Assembly (NCBI GenBank): GCA_964409915.1
Contig: CAYPEQ010000007.1
Span: forward strand, 3,386 to 67,385
Length of the DNA stretch: 64,000 nt
Source of the DNA: an uncultured Methanoregula sp.
GTDB taxonomy: Archaea > Halobacteriota > Methanomicrobia > Methanomicrobiales > Methanospirillaceae
Reading direction: 5' to 3'
The notes beneath the pieces are model-generated. The model ran no database searches. It had not been told where the DNA came from and worked only from the letters and a program-made list of their open reading frames with translations. Of the stretch, positions 1 through 8,270 are shown in pieces. The first letter of the stretch is position 1. Every line of letters starts with the position of its first letter. Both the position numbers and the translations under genes were made by a program.

Positions 1-1725
1 GACCTCTTTAGCTACAAGGCCAAAGAGAAGGGCGACCGCGATCTGCCAGCCAAACCCGAGCGGCTGCACGAGCGGCTGGATCAGGTGGCCGATCAAGCCG
101 GCATAGCTCTGCGGCCCCCCAAACTCAACACCCCAGGGAAACGAGGCAAGGCCCCACACAACGATGGCAACACCAAAAATAACCCCGCTTGCTTTCCGGA
201 GATACATTGATCCCCGGTCCCACATATGGATTAGTGACGTTTTGACGGTCGGGAGCCGGTACGGCGGCATCTCCATTAAAAACGGGGCCGGTTTACCGGG
301 AAGAATCGTCATCCGGAACAGTTTTGCCGACAGGATTGCGACTACGATACCCAGGATATACAGGCCAAATATCACGGTCCCGGCGTTTTTCGGGAAAAAA
401 GCACCGGCAAAGAGGATATACACCGGCAGGCGGGCCCCGCAGGAGATGAACGGGTTGACAAGGATGGTGATCAGCCGGTCTTTCTTGTCGTCGATAGTAC
501 GCGTTGCCATGATTGCCGGGACATTGCAGCCAAACCCGATCAGCATGGGGATAAACGATTTGCCGGGAAGCCCGATGGAATACATCAGCCGGTCCATGAT
601 AAACGCTGCACGGGCAAGATAGCCACTGTCTTCAAGGATGGAAAGGATTAGGATCAGGATGAAAATATTGGGGACAAACGAGAGAACCGTTCCAACACCA
701 CCAATGATACCGTCACGGATAAACGAGGCAAGCCAGGTCGTCCCTATCCCGGCGGTAACAGCGGCGCCAAGTGCACTCATACCCGCAAGAATCGCCGCGG
801 TAAACGGTGCAGCAACGGCAAACGTGAGTTCAAACGCCCCCCACATCAGCGCAAGGAAAATGGGGATACCCAGGTACCGGTTCGTGACAACCCGGTCGAT
901 GAGATCGGATGCCGTCAGGTTCTTGACGCAGGTAACGCAGATCTGGGGAAGGATTGCGGAGATCACTTCATACCGGCGGTCGGCCATGGTGGCTTCGTAG
1001 TCCAGGGAATCGAGGGTTAAAAGAACGGTTTCCACGTCTTTCTGGACCGGGCTTCCCCTGATTTTTTCCCTAGCATTCTCATCCCCTTCCAGGAGCCGGA
1101 TAGCAAGCCACCGGGCCGGGTACCGGGCCGTGAGTGCCGTATCCCGGTCAATGACCTCGCAGAGCTGCGCAATTACGTTTTCCGTTGCATTGCCGTACCC
1201 AATGGAATGTTCATGGTGGGGTGAGGTTTCCGCCTCTTTTATTGCTACATCGAGTAGTTGGGAAATCCCATCGCCCCGGCTTCCCGCAGTCCTGACGACA
1301 GGGATCTCAAGGTACTCCTCCATTTTTTTGAGGTTGATCCGGTCCCCCCGTGTATCAGACATATCAGACATGTTGAGGGCGATCACCACCGGCGTTCCTA
1401 TTTCCAGAAGCTGGGTAGTGAGGTAGAGGTTACGCTCGAGATTGGTTGAGTCCACGACGTGGATGACAACATCCGGTTTTTCTTCAATAAGGAAATCCCG
1501 GGCGATCACCTCATCGGCAGAATAAGCGGTCAGGCTGTAGGTACCCGGGAGATCGATAATTTCGATAGCGTAGCCGCCATGCTCAACAGACCCGCTCTTC
1601 TTTTCGACGGTCACGCCCGGCCAGTTCCCGACATGCTGGTGAGACCCGGTGATGGCATTAAAGAGCGTGCTTTTGCCGACGTTCGGGTTGCCAGCAAGAG
1701 CGATTCGGAGTGATTTTTTCATCAT
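1..1725 (-). CDS. feoB: Ferrous iron transport protein B (FeoB); C-terminal end cut by the window edge
   Basis: The reverse-strand frame is open from position 1 up to ATG-ATG at 1725/1722. The N-terminus reads MMKKSLRIALAGNPNVGKSTLFNAITGSHQHVGNW (G-protein P-loop), followed by a long polytopic membrane part. It is missing from the ORF track only because its stop lies outside the window. Plus-strand ORFs 164-2005 are antisense shadows. Confidence 0.9.
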   Translation of the reverse strand, partial: MMKKSLRIALAGNPNVGKSTLFNAITGSHQHVGNWPGVTVEKKSGSVEHGGYAIEIIDLPGTYSLTAYSADEVIARDFLIEEKPDVVIHVVDSTNLERNLYLTTQLLEIGTPVVIALNMSDMSDTRGDRINLKKMEEYLEIPVVRTAGSRGDGISQLLDVAIKEAETSPHHEHSIGYGNATENVIAQLCEVIDRDTALTARYPARWLAIRLLEGDENAREKIRGSPVQKDVETVLLTLDSLDYEATMADRRYEVISAILPQICVTCVKNLTASDLIDRVVTNRYLGIPIFLALMWGAFELTFAVAAPFTAAILAGMSALGAAVTAGIGTTWLASFIRDGIIGGVGTVLSFVPNIFILILILSILEDSGYLARAAFIMDRLMYSIGLPGKSFIPMLIGFGCNVPAIMATRTIDDKKDRLITILVNPFISCGARLPVYILFAGAFFPKNAGTVIFGLYILGIVVAILSAKLFRMTILPGKPAPFLMEMPPYRLPTVKTSLIHMWDRGSMYLRKASGVIFGVAIVVWGLASFPWGVEFGGPQSYAGLIGHLIQPLVQPLGFGWQIAVALLFGLVAKEV

Positions 1726-1741
1726 GCATCTGCCTGTCTTG

Positions 1742-2461
1742 TTACGCCGGATCAGATTTTACGGTGATAAACCGGGCTTCGTCTTTCCTGAGGGAAAGGT
1801 GGTACCCTCTGACCATGTATTCAACCGGATCGCCCATAGGTGCGGTTCTTATCACGTGAATTTCTGTACCCGGGGTGATACCCATGGCAAGGAGCCGCTG
1901 CCGGAACGGTCCCCTGGGAGGAACCGCCACGATCCGGCACCGGGCCGGCGGTTTGATCATATCAAGAGTGGTTATGTTTCCCGTCGGGGGTACTGTATCC
2001 CGTAAAACTGGCGCGGTTTCCGCTTCGGTCCTGCATGCTGCACAGTGGGTGATACCTTTGTCACAGGGGCTTATCGGGCTCCCGTGCGGGCAGTGCGACG
2101 GCGCCTCGAGCATCTTACAAAGGGCACACTCGGTTTCTGCGGATATTACGTGCTCCATCCTGCACGCCTCGTCATGCACGTTTTCCCGACGGATCTTAAG
2201 GACATCAGTCAGGAACACTTCGAGGAGCCGGTGGCGGCGTTTGATCTTTTCAGCAATCTCCCTTCCCGCGTCCGTGAGGGTTGCCCCACGGTACGGTTCG
2301 TAGTTTATGAGATTTTTTTCCGCTAAGCTCTGGAGTTCTCCGGTCACGCTTGCCGGAGCGACCTTGAGGCACTTTGCAATAGCACTGGTTTTTGCGGTGC
2401 CACTACTCCCGGCGATATCGTAGATCGCTTCGAGATATTCCTCAACGTGTTCCTGCGCCAT
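1742..2461 (-). CDS. DtxR/MntR-family metal-dependent repressor with C-terminal FeoA-like (SH3) domain
   Basis: ORF 1742-2470 starts at TTG, with an in-frame ATG at 2461 giving MAQEHVEEYLEAIYDI. It has a wHTH, the RRHRLLEVFL helix, a Cys/His-rich linker and a C-terminus RLLAMGITPGTEIHVIRTAPMGDPVEY typical of FeoA. It ends 16 nt upstream of feoB on the same strand. Confidence 0.85.
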   Translation of the reverse strand: MAQEHVEEYLEAIYDIAGSSGTAKTSAIAKCLKVAPASVTGELQSLAEKNLINYEPYRGATLTDAGREIAEKIKRRHRLLEVFLTDVLKIRRENVHDEACRMEHVISAETECALCKMLEAPSHCPHGSPISPCDKGITHCAACRTEAETAPVLRDTVPPTGNITTLDMIKPPARCRIVAVPPRGPFRQRLLAMGITPGTEIHVIRTAPMGDPVEYMVRGYHLSLRKDEARFITVKSDPA

Positions 2462-2473
2462 CCTGATCAATAA

Positions 2474-2487
2474 TTAGGGCGCCCTAA
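2474..2487. promoter_or_regulatory. Perfect 14-bp palindrome TTAGGGC|GCCCTAA, candidate metalloregulator operator
   Basis: It lies 13 nt upstream of the repressor ATG (2461), just downstream of a TTTAATAAT TATA-like element on the coding strand. A TTAGGTTGACC half-site follows at 2500-2510. The arms TTAGG/CCTAA resemble DtxR-box arms. Confidence 0.4.
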
Positions 2488-2563
2488 ATTATTAAAGATT
2501 TAGGTTGACCAAAAAATCCATTAATACAATGTTCCCCGTTTGATTCAGAAAAAGGGTAATAAT

Positions 2564-3214
2564 TCAGGGAACACCCTGAAGCTTCATGAAAAACAACCCT
2601 TGTGCAGTCACATAGTCTTCATCGGTCTGGTTTCCGTGAACAACGGAGACCGCGATACCGTTTACATTGTCGACTTTACCATTCATCTCATAAATGGTGA
2701 TTATATCAGGCGATGTATTTACCAAAAAGGACCACGTGTTAACACCGGTAGCATTGTTCTGAACTATTGTATTTCCGTCATAATACTGGTTAAATCCACA
2801 ACAGCCTATTGTTCCCGGCCTTCCTTCCTCTGTGCAAGCCGGGATTGTACATGTTGAAGATAACTCAAGAGAAAGTGGTTCGCCGGCTTGAAGATTGGTA
2901 GTCCCATTGATGAAGAAGGGTCCAGTGTAATTGTCTCTTTCCTCTTGTGGAATGGTAATGTTCATGAGGGAATTCATATGCAACCACAACGATTGGGCTG
3001 CAGATGCTTGTCCTGAAGACTGGTGAGTTACAACCTCTACCGGTGTTTGAAGGGAAAATGTCGGTGTTACAGTTACATTCGTTTTTACCCCATTTACAGG
3101 TGCGTTGGCTTTTGGGGAAGTCACGCACCCGGAACCCGTGATCAAAATTATTGTAACAACGAAAACTGCCACTGGCACAAACGTTAGGATCCTTTTTCCA
3201 TGAAACAACGTCAT
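2564..3214 (-). CDS. Secreted protein with lipobox-like signal peptide (ITGSGC), function unknown
   Basis: ORF 2564-3250; the probable start is ATG 3214 (MTLFHGKRILTFVPVAVFVVTIILITGSGCVTS). The mature part is Thr/Asn-rich. I recognise no family. Confidence 0.55.
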   Translation of the reverse strand: MTLFHGKRILTFVPVAVFVVTIILITGSGCVTSPKANAPVNGVKTNVTVTPTFSLQTPVEVVTHQSSGQASAAQSLWLHMNSLMNITIPQEERDNYTGPFFINGTTNLQAGEPLSLELSSTCTIPACTEEGRPGTIGCCGFNQYYDGNTIVQNNATGVNTWSFLVNTSPDIITIYEMNGKVDNVNGIAVSVVHGNQTDEDYVTAQGLFFMKLQGVP

Positions 3215-3676
3215 TGGGAAATCACCGTTGAGAAAATTACAATGATACATCTCTTTTTCATAAATAAGGAACTAGTTTGTCAGACTCTGGAGACGCATAT
3301 TATTTCGAAGACACAAGCATACAATATGAAAAATCACACAATTCATATTTCTTTTTCACGGTAAATCCTCATTTTCTTCCGTAAAACAGTAGGTCTACAG
3401 AACCAAAAGATCCTTTTTTGCAATACTGGCAAAAATCACCGGCGTGATTTTGCTCACGTGATTAGTGCATACCGCTATATTTACCGTCGAATATAAAATC
3501 TGTGCAGGATGCTCATAGGGACAGGCAAAAATCGGGAAGTCTGGAGAAAAGGGACTTACCGATCAATAATCCTGATAAACATCGGCATCAAACGACTACC
3601 AACGAATCCCGGAAAAATGATGCATATCCCGATGCACCCTGACGGGACTTTTTATGGCAGAACCAGGTGACAGACC

Positions 3677-4579
3677 ATGATCCTTAAGGAGTTTCTCAAA
3701 GAAGCAGGAACGGAAAAGAATCTTGCCAGTCTTATTCTCTTCCTGAGTGAACAGGCAGCTGAAGTAAAAAAGGGCTTTCTTTTGACCTGTTCGAACACGG
3801 CAGCATGCGGCACCCAGAACATCTTCGGGGAAGACCAGAAGCCACTCGACAAATACGCCGATGAAGTGTTCATCAACGCTCTAAAAGAGTCCCGGCTGGT
3901 CAAATATATTGCGACCGAAGAGCAGGATCATATCATCGAAGTACCCGGGGCCAGGAACAATTTTGGTGTGGTGATCGATCCCCTCGACGGTTCCTCTCTC
4001 CTTGACGTTAACCTCTGTGTCGGTTCTATTATCGGCATCTATCCCGGCCATGTTCTTGAAAAGGGATCAAAGATGATCGCAGCCCTCTACATACTGTACG
4101 GGCCACTCACCCTCCTGACGTTCACCACAAAACACGGCGTGCATGAATTTATCCAGCGCCAAGACGGCGAATTTTTCCTGTGCCACCGGGACCTGAAGAT
4201 CCCGGAGGGAAAAATCCACTCGCCGGGCGCACTCCGCAAGGATTACCTGGCACCTCACGCCCAATGGATCAGCCACCTGGAAAGCGAGGGGTACAAACTC
4301 CGGTTCAGCGGCTGTTTTGTGGCCGACGTCCACCAGATCCTCCATAAAGGAGGTGTGTTTACTTATCCCGGGTACAAAGGAAAAGAGTCAGGGAAACTGC
4401 GCCTCCTGTACGAAGCAAACCCTATAGGCATGATCATATGCGAGGCCGGGGGAGCAGTCAGCAACGGGCATACCGATTACCGGGAGATCATGCCGGCATC
4501 GATCGGCCAGGTAACCCCCCTTTATATCGGCGGTAAAAAAGAGATCGCAAAGATTGAAAAATATATGAAGGAAGGATAA
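3677..4579 (+). CDS. fbp: Fructose-1,6-bisphosphatase, class I (bacterial/eukaryotic type)
   Basis: Motifs [40 protein letters not shown] and EAGGAVSNG are present. AGGTGA at 3665-3670 sits 6 nt before the ATG. Confidence 0.9.
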   Translation: MILKEFLKEAGTEKNLASLILFLSEQAAEVKKGFLLTCSNTAACGTQNIFGEDQKPLDKYADEVFINALKESRLVKYIATEEQDHIIEVPGARNNFGVVIDPLDGSSLLDVNLCVGSIIGIYPGHVLEKGSKMIAALYILYGPLTLLTFTTKHGVHEFIQRQDGEFFLCHRDLKIPEGKIHSPGALRKDYLAPHAQWISHLESEGYKLRFSGCFVADVHQILHKGGVFTYPGYKGKESGKLRLLYEANPIGMIICEAGGAVSNGHTDYREIMPASIGQVTPLYIGGKKEIAKIEKYMKEG

Positions 4580-4597
4580 GTACAGGGTGCATCAATT

Positions 4598-5737
4598 ATG
4601 GATACGAAAACCTTTGGCCCGATTCCCGGTTCGACTATCTTAACCGGGGTTTCCGGCAAAAAAGCCATTGTTATGGCCGCTAACGTCCGTATTGCAACGG
4701 TTGCGGAAGGCATTTTCAAGGCAGCAACAGATACCGACTCAGCGGTTTTCATGGAACTTGCCCGGTCAGAATCCGATCTTTCCGGGGGATACACCGGGAT
4801 GACCCCGCAGGTCTTTTCGGAGAAGATGCAGGCAGCAGCGAAAGCTACGGGGTGTGACATCTGGGCACTCCATGCCGATCACATATCCATCAAAAAAGGG
4901 GACGCCGCTGAGATTGCCGGGACAAAGCAGCTTATAGATGCACAGGTAAACGCCGGGTATACATCCTTTGCCATCGACGCCTCCCACCTCTTTAACTTCC
5001 AGGGAAAAAATGTCCGGGAGGAACTGGAACTCAATATCCAGGCCACATCTGAGATTGCCCGGTATATCAAACAGAAAATGAACGGAAGTGAATTTGGCCT
5101 TGAAGTGGAAGTGGGCGAGATAGGAAGAAAAGACACCGAAGGCCTGATCCTGACAAAACCTGAGGAGGCAGTCGGATTTATCAAAGCGCTCAACGAAAAC
5201 GACGTTTATCCTCATGTTCTTGCTATTGCAAACGGGAGTTCGCACGGCCATTCCTACGATGCCAACGGAAACGTGATCGAACAACTCTCAATCGATATCC
5301 CCCGTACCCAGGAGATTGCAAAGGCTCTCCGGGACAACCATCTCAAGGTCGGGATCGCCCAGCATGGTATCACCGGCACGCCGCGGGACCTCATTAACCT
5401 GCATTTCCCCAAAGGAGACATCATCAAGGGAAATGTCGGAACGTTCTGGCAGGACGTTGCGTTTAGTATCCTGAAAATCTACGAACCAGCCCTGTACAAG
5501 GATATCATGGACTGGACACTTGAGAAATACCGGCCGGAAAACCCGAATAAAAAAGACAAGCAGATCATCGACGGTAACTGCAAGAACGCGATAAAAGTCT
5601 TCTATAAAGAGATTTACGGGGTCGATGAAGAGACAAATAAAGCCATGAAGGCTATGGCCTACGCAGAAAGCCTCGTCTTTTTCCGGGCGTTTGGCGCATA
5701 TGGTACCGCATCAGCCATACGGAAATCCCTGCACTGA
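4598..5737 (+). CDS. fba: Class II (metal-dependent) fructose/ketose-bisphosphate aldolase family protein
   Basis: Motifs ALHADH, GYTSFAIDASH, EVEVGEIG, LAIANGSSHGHSY and IAQHGITGTP keep the three class II His ligand positions. The gene starts 18 nt after fbp. Confidence 0.8.
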   Translation: MDTKTFGPIPGSTILTGVSGKKAIVMAANVRIATVAEGIFKAATDTDSAVFMELARSESDLSGGYTGMTPQVFSEKMQAAAKATGCDIWALHADHISIKKGDAAEIAGTKQLIDAQVNAGYTSFAIDASHLFNFQGKNVREELELNIQATSEIARYIKQKMNGSEFGLEVEVGEIGRKDTEGLILTKPEEAVGFIKALNENDVYPHVLAIANGSSHGHSYDANGNVIEQLSIDIPRTQEIAKALRDNHLKVGIAQHGITGTPRDLINLHFPKGDIIKGNVGTFWQDVAFSILKIYEPALYKDIMDWTLEKYRPENPNKKDKQIIDGNCKNAIKVFYKEIYGVDEETNKAMKAMAYAESLVFFRAFGAYGTASAIRKSLH

Positions 5738-5797
5738 TCGGTCAAGCATCCCCAACCATTTTAGTATCCTGAAACGATCACTTATTATTGAACGCGT

Positions 5798-6895
5798 ATG
5801 CCAAAAACAACGATCTCCGTCATTAAAGCAGATGTGGGCAGTTTTCCTGGCCATTCCCGCACCCATCCTAAGCTCATTGAAAAAGCAGCGCAGATGCTCA
5901 AAGCCGAACGAGGTAAACTCATTATTGATTCCTTTGTGACGCACTGCGGCGACGATCTCGAACTTATCATGACCCATAACCGGGGCGTCGACAACAAGGA
6001 GATCCATAAGCTTGCATGGAACGTTTTCCTGGAATGCACAAAAATTGCCAAAGACCTGAAATTATACGGTGCAGGCCAGGACTTGCTTGCCGATGCGTTC
6101 GCGGGGAATATCCGGGGCATGGGCCCGGGTGTTGCCGAGATGGAATTTGATGAGCGGAGTTCGGACCCTGTCCTTATTTTTATGGCAGATAAGACTGAAC
6201 CCGGCGCGTGGAACTTCTACCTGTACAAGATTTTTGCCGATCCCTTCAACACGCCGGGCCTCATTATCGACCCGGCCCTCCATGACGGATTTGTATTCGA
6301 AGTCCATGATCTTGTCAAAAAACGAAAGGTGCGGTTCTCCTGCCCAAAAGAGATTTACAGCATGCTTACCTACATCGGGGCACCGTCCCGGTATGTAATC
6401 AAGCATGTATACAAAAAGGACGGTGTTATAGCTGCCGCGACCAGCACCCAGCGGCTCAACATGATTGCAGGGAGATACGTCGGAAAAGATGACCCGGTCA
6501 TGATCGTGAGAGCCCAGAGCGGTTTTCCCTCGATGGGCGAAGTGATCGAGCCGTTTACCACGCCGGTACTGGTCGCAGGCTGGATGCGCGGATCCCATCA
6601 CGGTCCGTTTATGCCGGTCGGTCTGTGCGATGCAAACTGCACACGGTTTGACGGCCCGCCCCGGGTCATCTGTTTTGGGTTCCAGGTCAGCAACGGCGCC
6701 CTTATAGGCCCTGCCGATATGTTCGATGACCCCGGTTTCGACCGGGTCCGGGTGCGTTGCAACGAACTTGCAGACACACTCCGCGCCCAGGGTCCCTTTG
6801 AACCCCACCGGCTTTCACTTGAGGAAATGGAATACACGACCCTTCCCCTGGTGGAAAAGGCGCTGGAAAAACGCTGGGAAGACATTGCAGAGTGA
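5798..6895 (+). CDS. fbp: Bifunctional fructose-1,6-bisphosphate aldolase/phosphatase (archaeal class V FBPase)
   Basis: The N-terminus MPKTTISVIKADVGSFPGHSRTHP and the 365-aa length are typical of the archaeal FBP aldolase/phosphatase family. Confidence 0.9.
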   Translation: MPKTTISVIKADVGSFPGHSRTHPKLIEKAAQMLKAERGKLIIDSFVTHCGDDLELIMTHNRGVDNKEIHKLAWNVFLECTKIAKDLKLYGAGQDLLADAFAGNIRGMGPGVAEMEFDERSSDPVLIFMADKTEPGAWNFYLYKIFADPFNTPGLIIDPALHDGFVFEVHDLVKKRKVRFSCPKEIYSMLTYIGAPSRYVIKHVYKKDGVIAAATSTQRLNMIAGRYVGKDDPVMIVRAQSGFPSMGEVIEPFTTPVLVAGWMRGSHHGPFMPVGLCDANCTRFDGPPRVICFGFQVSNGALIGPADMFDDPGFDRVRVRCNELADTLRAQGPFEPHRLSLEEMEYTTLPLVEKALEKRWEDIAE

Positions 6896-6983
6896 GGAGC
6901 CCGCACACATTTTTCTTTCCTGCCGGGAACCTCCTTTATCCACCTAGCAAACTTTAATTATCTTCCGACCCAAATCAGGACAG

Positions 6984-7220
6984 ATGGTTAACGGAATTGT
7001 TTTGCCTATAAAGAAAGTGTTTGCCCTCGTTGATTCCAAAATAATTGTTGAAATCAAGGATGAGGGGCGTAAACTCCAGGGCCGGCTTGTAGCAGTGGAC
7101 GAGTACCTCAATATCCATATGGACGAGACGATAGAATTTGTCAACAACGAGCGCGGGCGCAGTCTTGGCACCGTTGTTATCCGGGGCAATAATATTCTTA
7201 CCATAGCCCCGGTTCTCTGA
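6984..7220 (+). CDS. Sm-like (LSm) archaeal RNA-binding protein
   Basis: 78 aa. Sm1-like segment LQGRLVAVDEYLNIHMDE and Sm2 segment GTVVIRGNNI are present. Confidence 0.85.
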   Translation: MVNGIVLPIKKVFALVDSKIIVEIKDEGRKLQGRLVAVDEYLNIHMDETIEFVNNERGRSLGTVVIRGNNILTIAPVL

Positions 7221-7245
7221 ATGAGGAAAACGAGGTATACCTGCG

Positions 7246-7590
7246 ATGCCTGAAGTTGAAGATGATGCATTTGTCCTGATCCAGTCCCACCCGGAAGGGA
7301 TGCTCCAGAGTGAACTCTGGAAGGAACTCGGCGTAGACAGCCGTAAATGTTCAAGAATCGTAAAGAAACTCGAAGAGAGCGGTCTCATTGACCGTGTCGA
7401 ATTTAAAAAAGAGGGAATCAAAACCTATCTCTTAAAGGCAAAGATGCAGCCTGTCCATCCTGAGGACCTGCTTGCCGGCGATGAGCTGATTCCCTGTATC
7501 GCATGCGACCTTGAATGTGTCGTTGACGAATGCCATCCCCTTATGGACTGGATGTACCAGCTTGCAATTGTCGGGAGCGGCAACCAGTGA
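7246..7590 (+). CDS. Winged-helix DNA-binding protein with C-terminal Cys cluster
   Basis: MLQSELWKELGVDSRKCSRIVKKLEESGLIDRVE is wHTH-like. The C-terminus is PCIACDLECVVDECH (CxxCx3Cx4CH). It starts 26 nt after the Sm gene. Confidence 0.6.
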   Translation: MPEVEDDAFVLIQSHPEGMLQSELWKELGVDSRKCSRIVKKLEESGLIDRVEFKKEGIKTYLLKAKMQPVHPEDLLAGDELIPCIACDLECVVDECHPLMDWMYQLAIVGSGNQ

Positions 7591-7639
7591 CCGGGGCAAC
7601 ACCCGGTTTCAATTATTCTCACCAGTCTTTTTTCCTTCC

Positions 7640-8140
7640 ATGACCCGCCTGAAGCTGCCGCTTATCCTGGAATGCCTTCTTTTTTTTGTGCCGCTCAATA
7701 TCTATATTATCGGCAATCATATGGCAAACGGTATCCAGTGGGCCTTTTTCCGGTACCAGCAGAGTTCCCTTGGAAACAGCCTGATCCTTGTGTACAAAGA
7801 TATCCATTATGTCGCAGACAGTCTTCTGACTGGGTCAAGTGCTTACGGGACCATTATCTGGGTGTCCGGGGCAGGTCTCCTTTTTATCGCGTTGATTATC
7901 CTTGCAATTGCTTTTGCTACAGATAATCCCGGCCTCGCAAAACCCGCAGGGGGGCTCACCATTGTCGCAGGAGCTCTCTTTTTTATCGCGATGCTCGTCG
8001 AATACGGACCCCTTTTTGCAAACGAACATGGATCTTCCATTCCGGTGGGCATCCCCCTCGTAATCGGCGCTGGCATTTGGTTACTTACAGGAGATTTCGA
8101 AGACGATGATGAAGAACCGGTTGAATCAACCACCTCCTGA
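7640..8140 (+). CDS. Integral membrane protein (about 4 TM) with acidic tail
   Basis: An internal ATG at 7640 of ORF 7511-8140 gives MTRLKLPLILECLLFF, which avoids overlap with 7246-7590. Hydrophobic segments are followed by GDFEDDDEEPVES. Confidence 0.55.
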   Translation: MTRLKLPLILECLLFFVPLNIYIIGNHMANGIQWAFFRYQQSSLGNSLILVYKDIHYVADSLLTGSSAYGTIIWVSGAGLLFIALIILAIAFATDNPGLAKPAGGLTIVAGALFFIAMLVEYGPLFANEHGSSIPVGIPLVIGAGIWLLTGDFEDDDEEPVESTTS

Positions 8141-8270
8141 AAAGAATGCATTCCGGCCATAAATTGGAGGAAATCGGCAATTTCCCCATCATAGAAGTCA
8201 ACTATTTATTGCAACGATATCAGATCATAGGTATACATGCAGGCATGATGCCAACCCCGGGAAGTTCCTG

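Noticed and set aside
164-2005. A series of plus-strand ORFs (164-622, 638-1000, 1130-1426, 1459-1713, 1649-2005).
   Set aside because: They are antisense to the continuous feoB/DtxR reading frames. Their products are Arg/Ser/Pro/Ile-rich with no recognisable motifs, while the reverse frame gives a textbook FeoB.
6062-6808. A 248-aa minus-strand ORF inside the FBP aldolase/phosphatase gene. There are similar long antisense ORFs at 42737-43543 (recQ), 8934-9533 (DAC protein), 4766-5284 (aldolase), 22856-23410 (acd) and 35534-36068 (uvrA).
   Set aside because: All lie wholly within strongly supported genes on the other strand and have skewed composition with no motifs.
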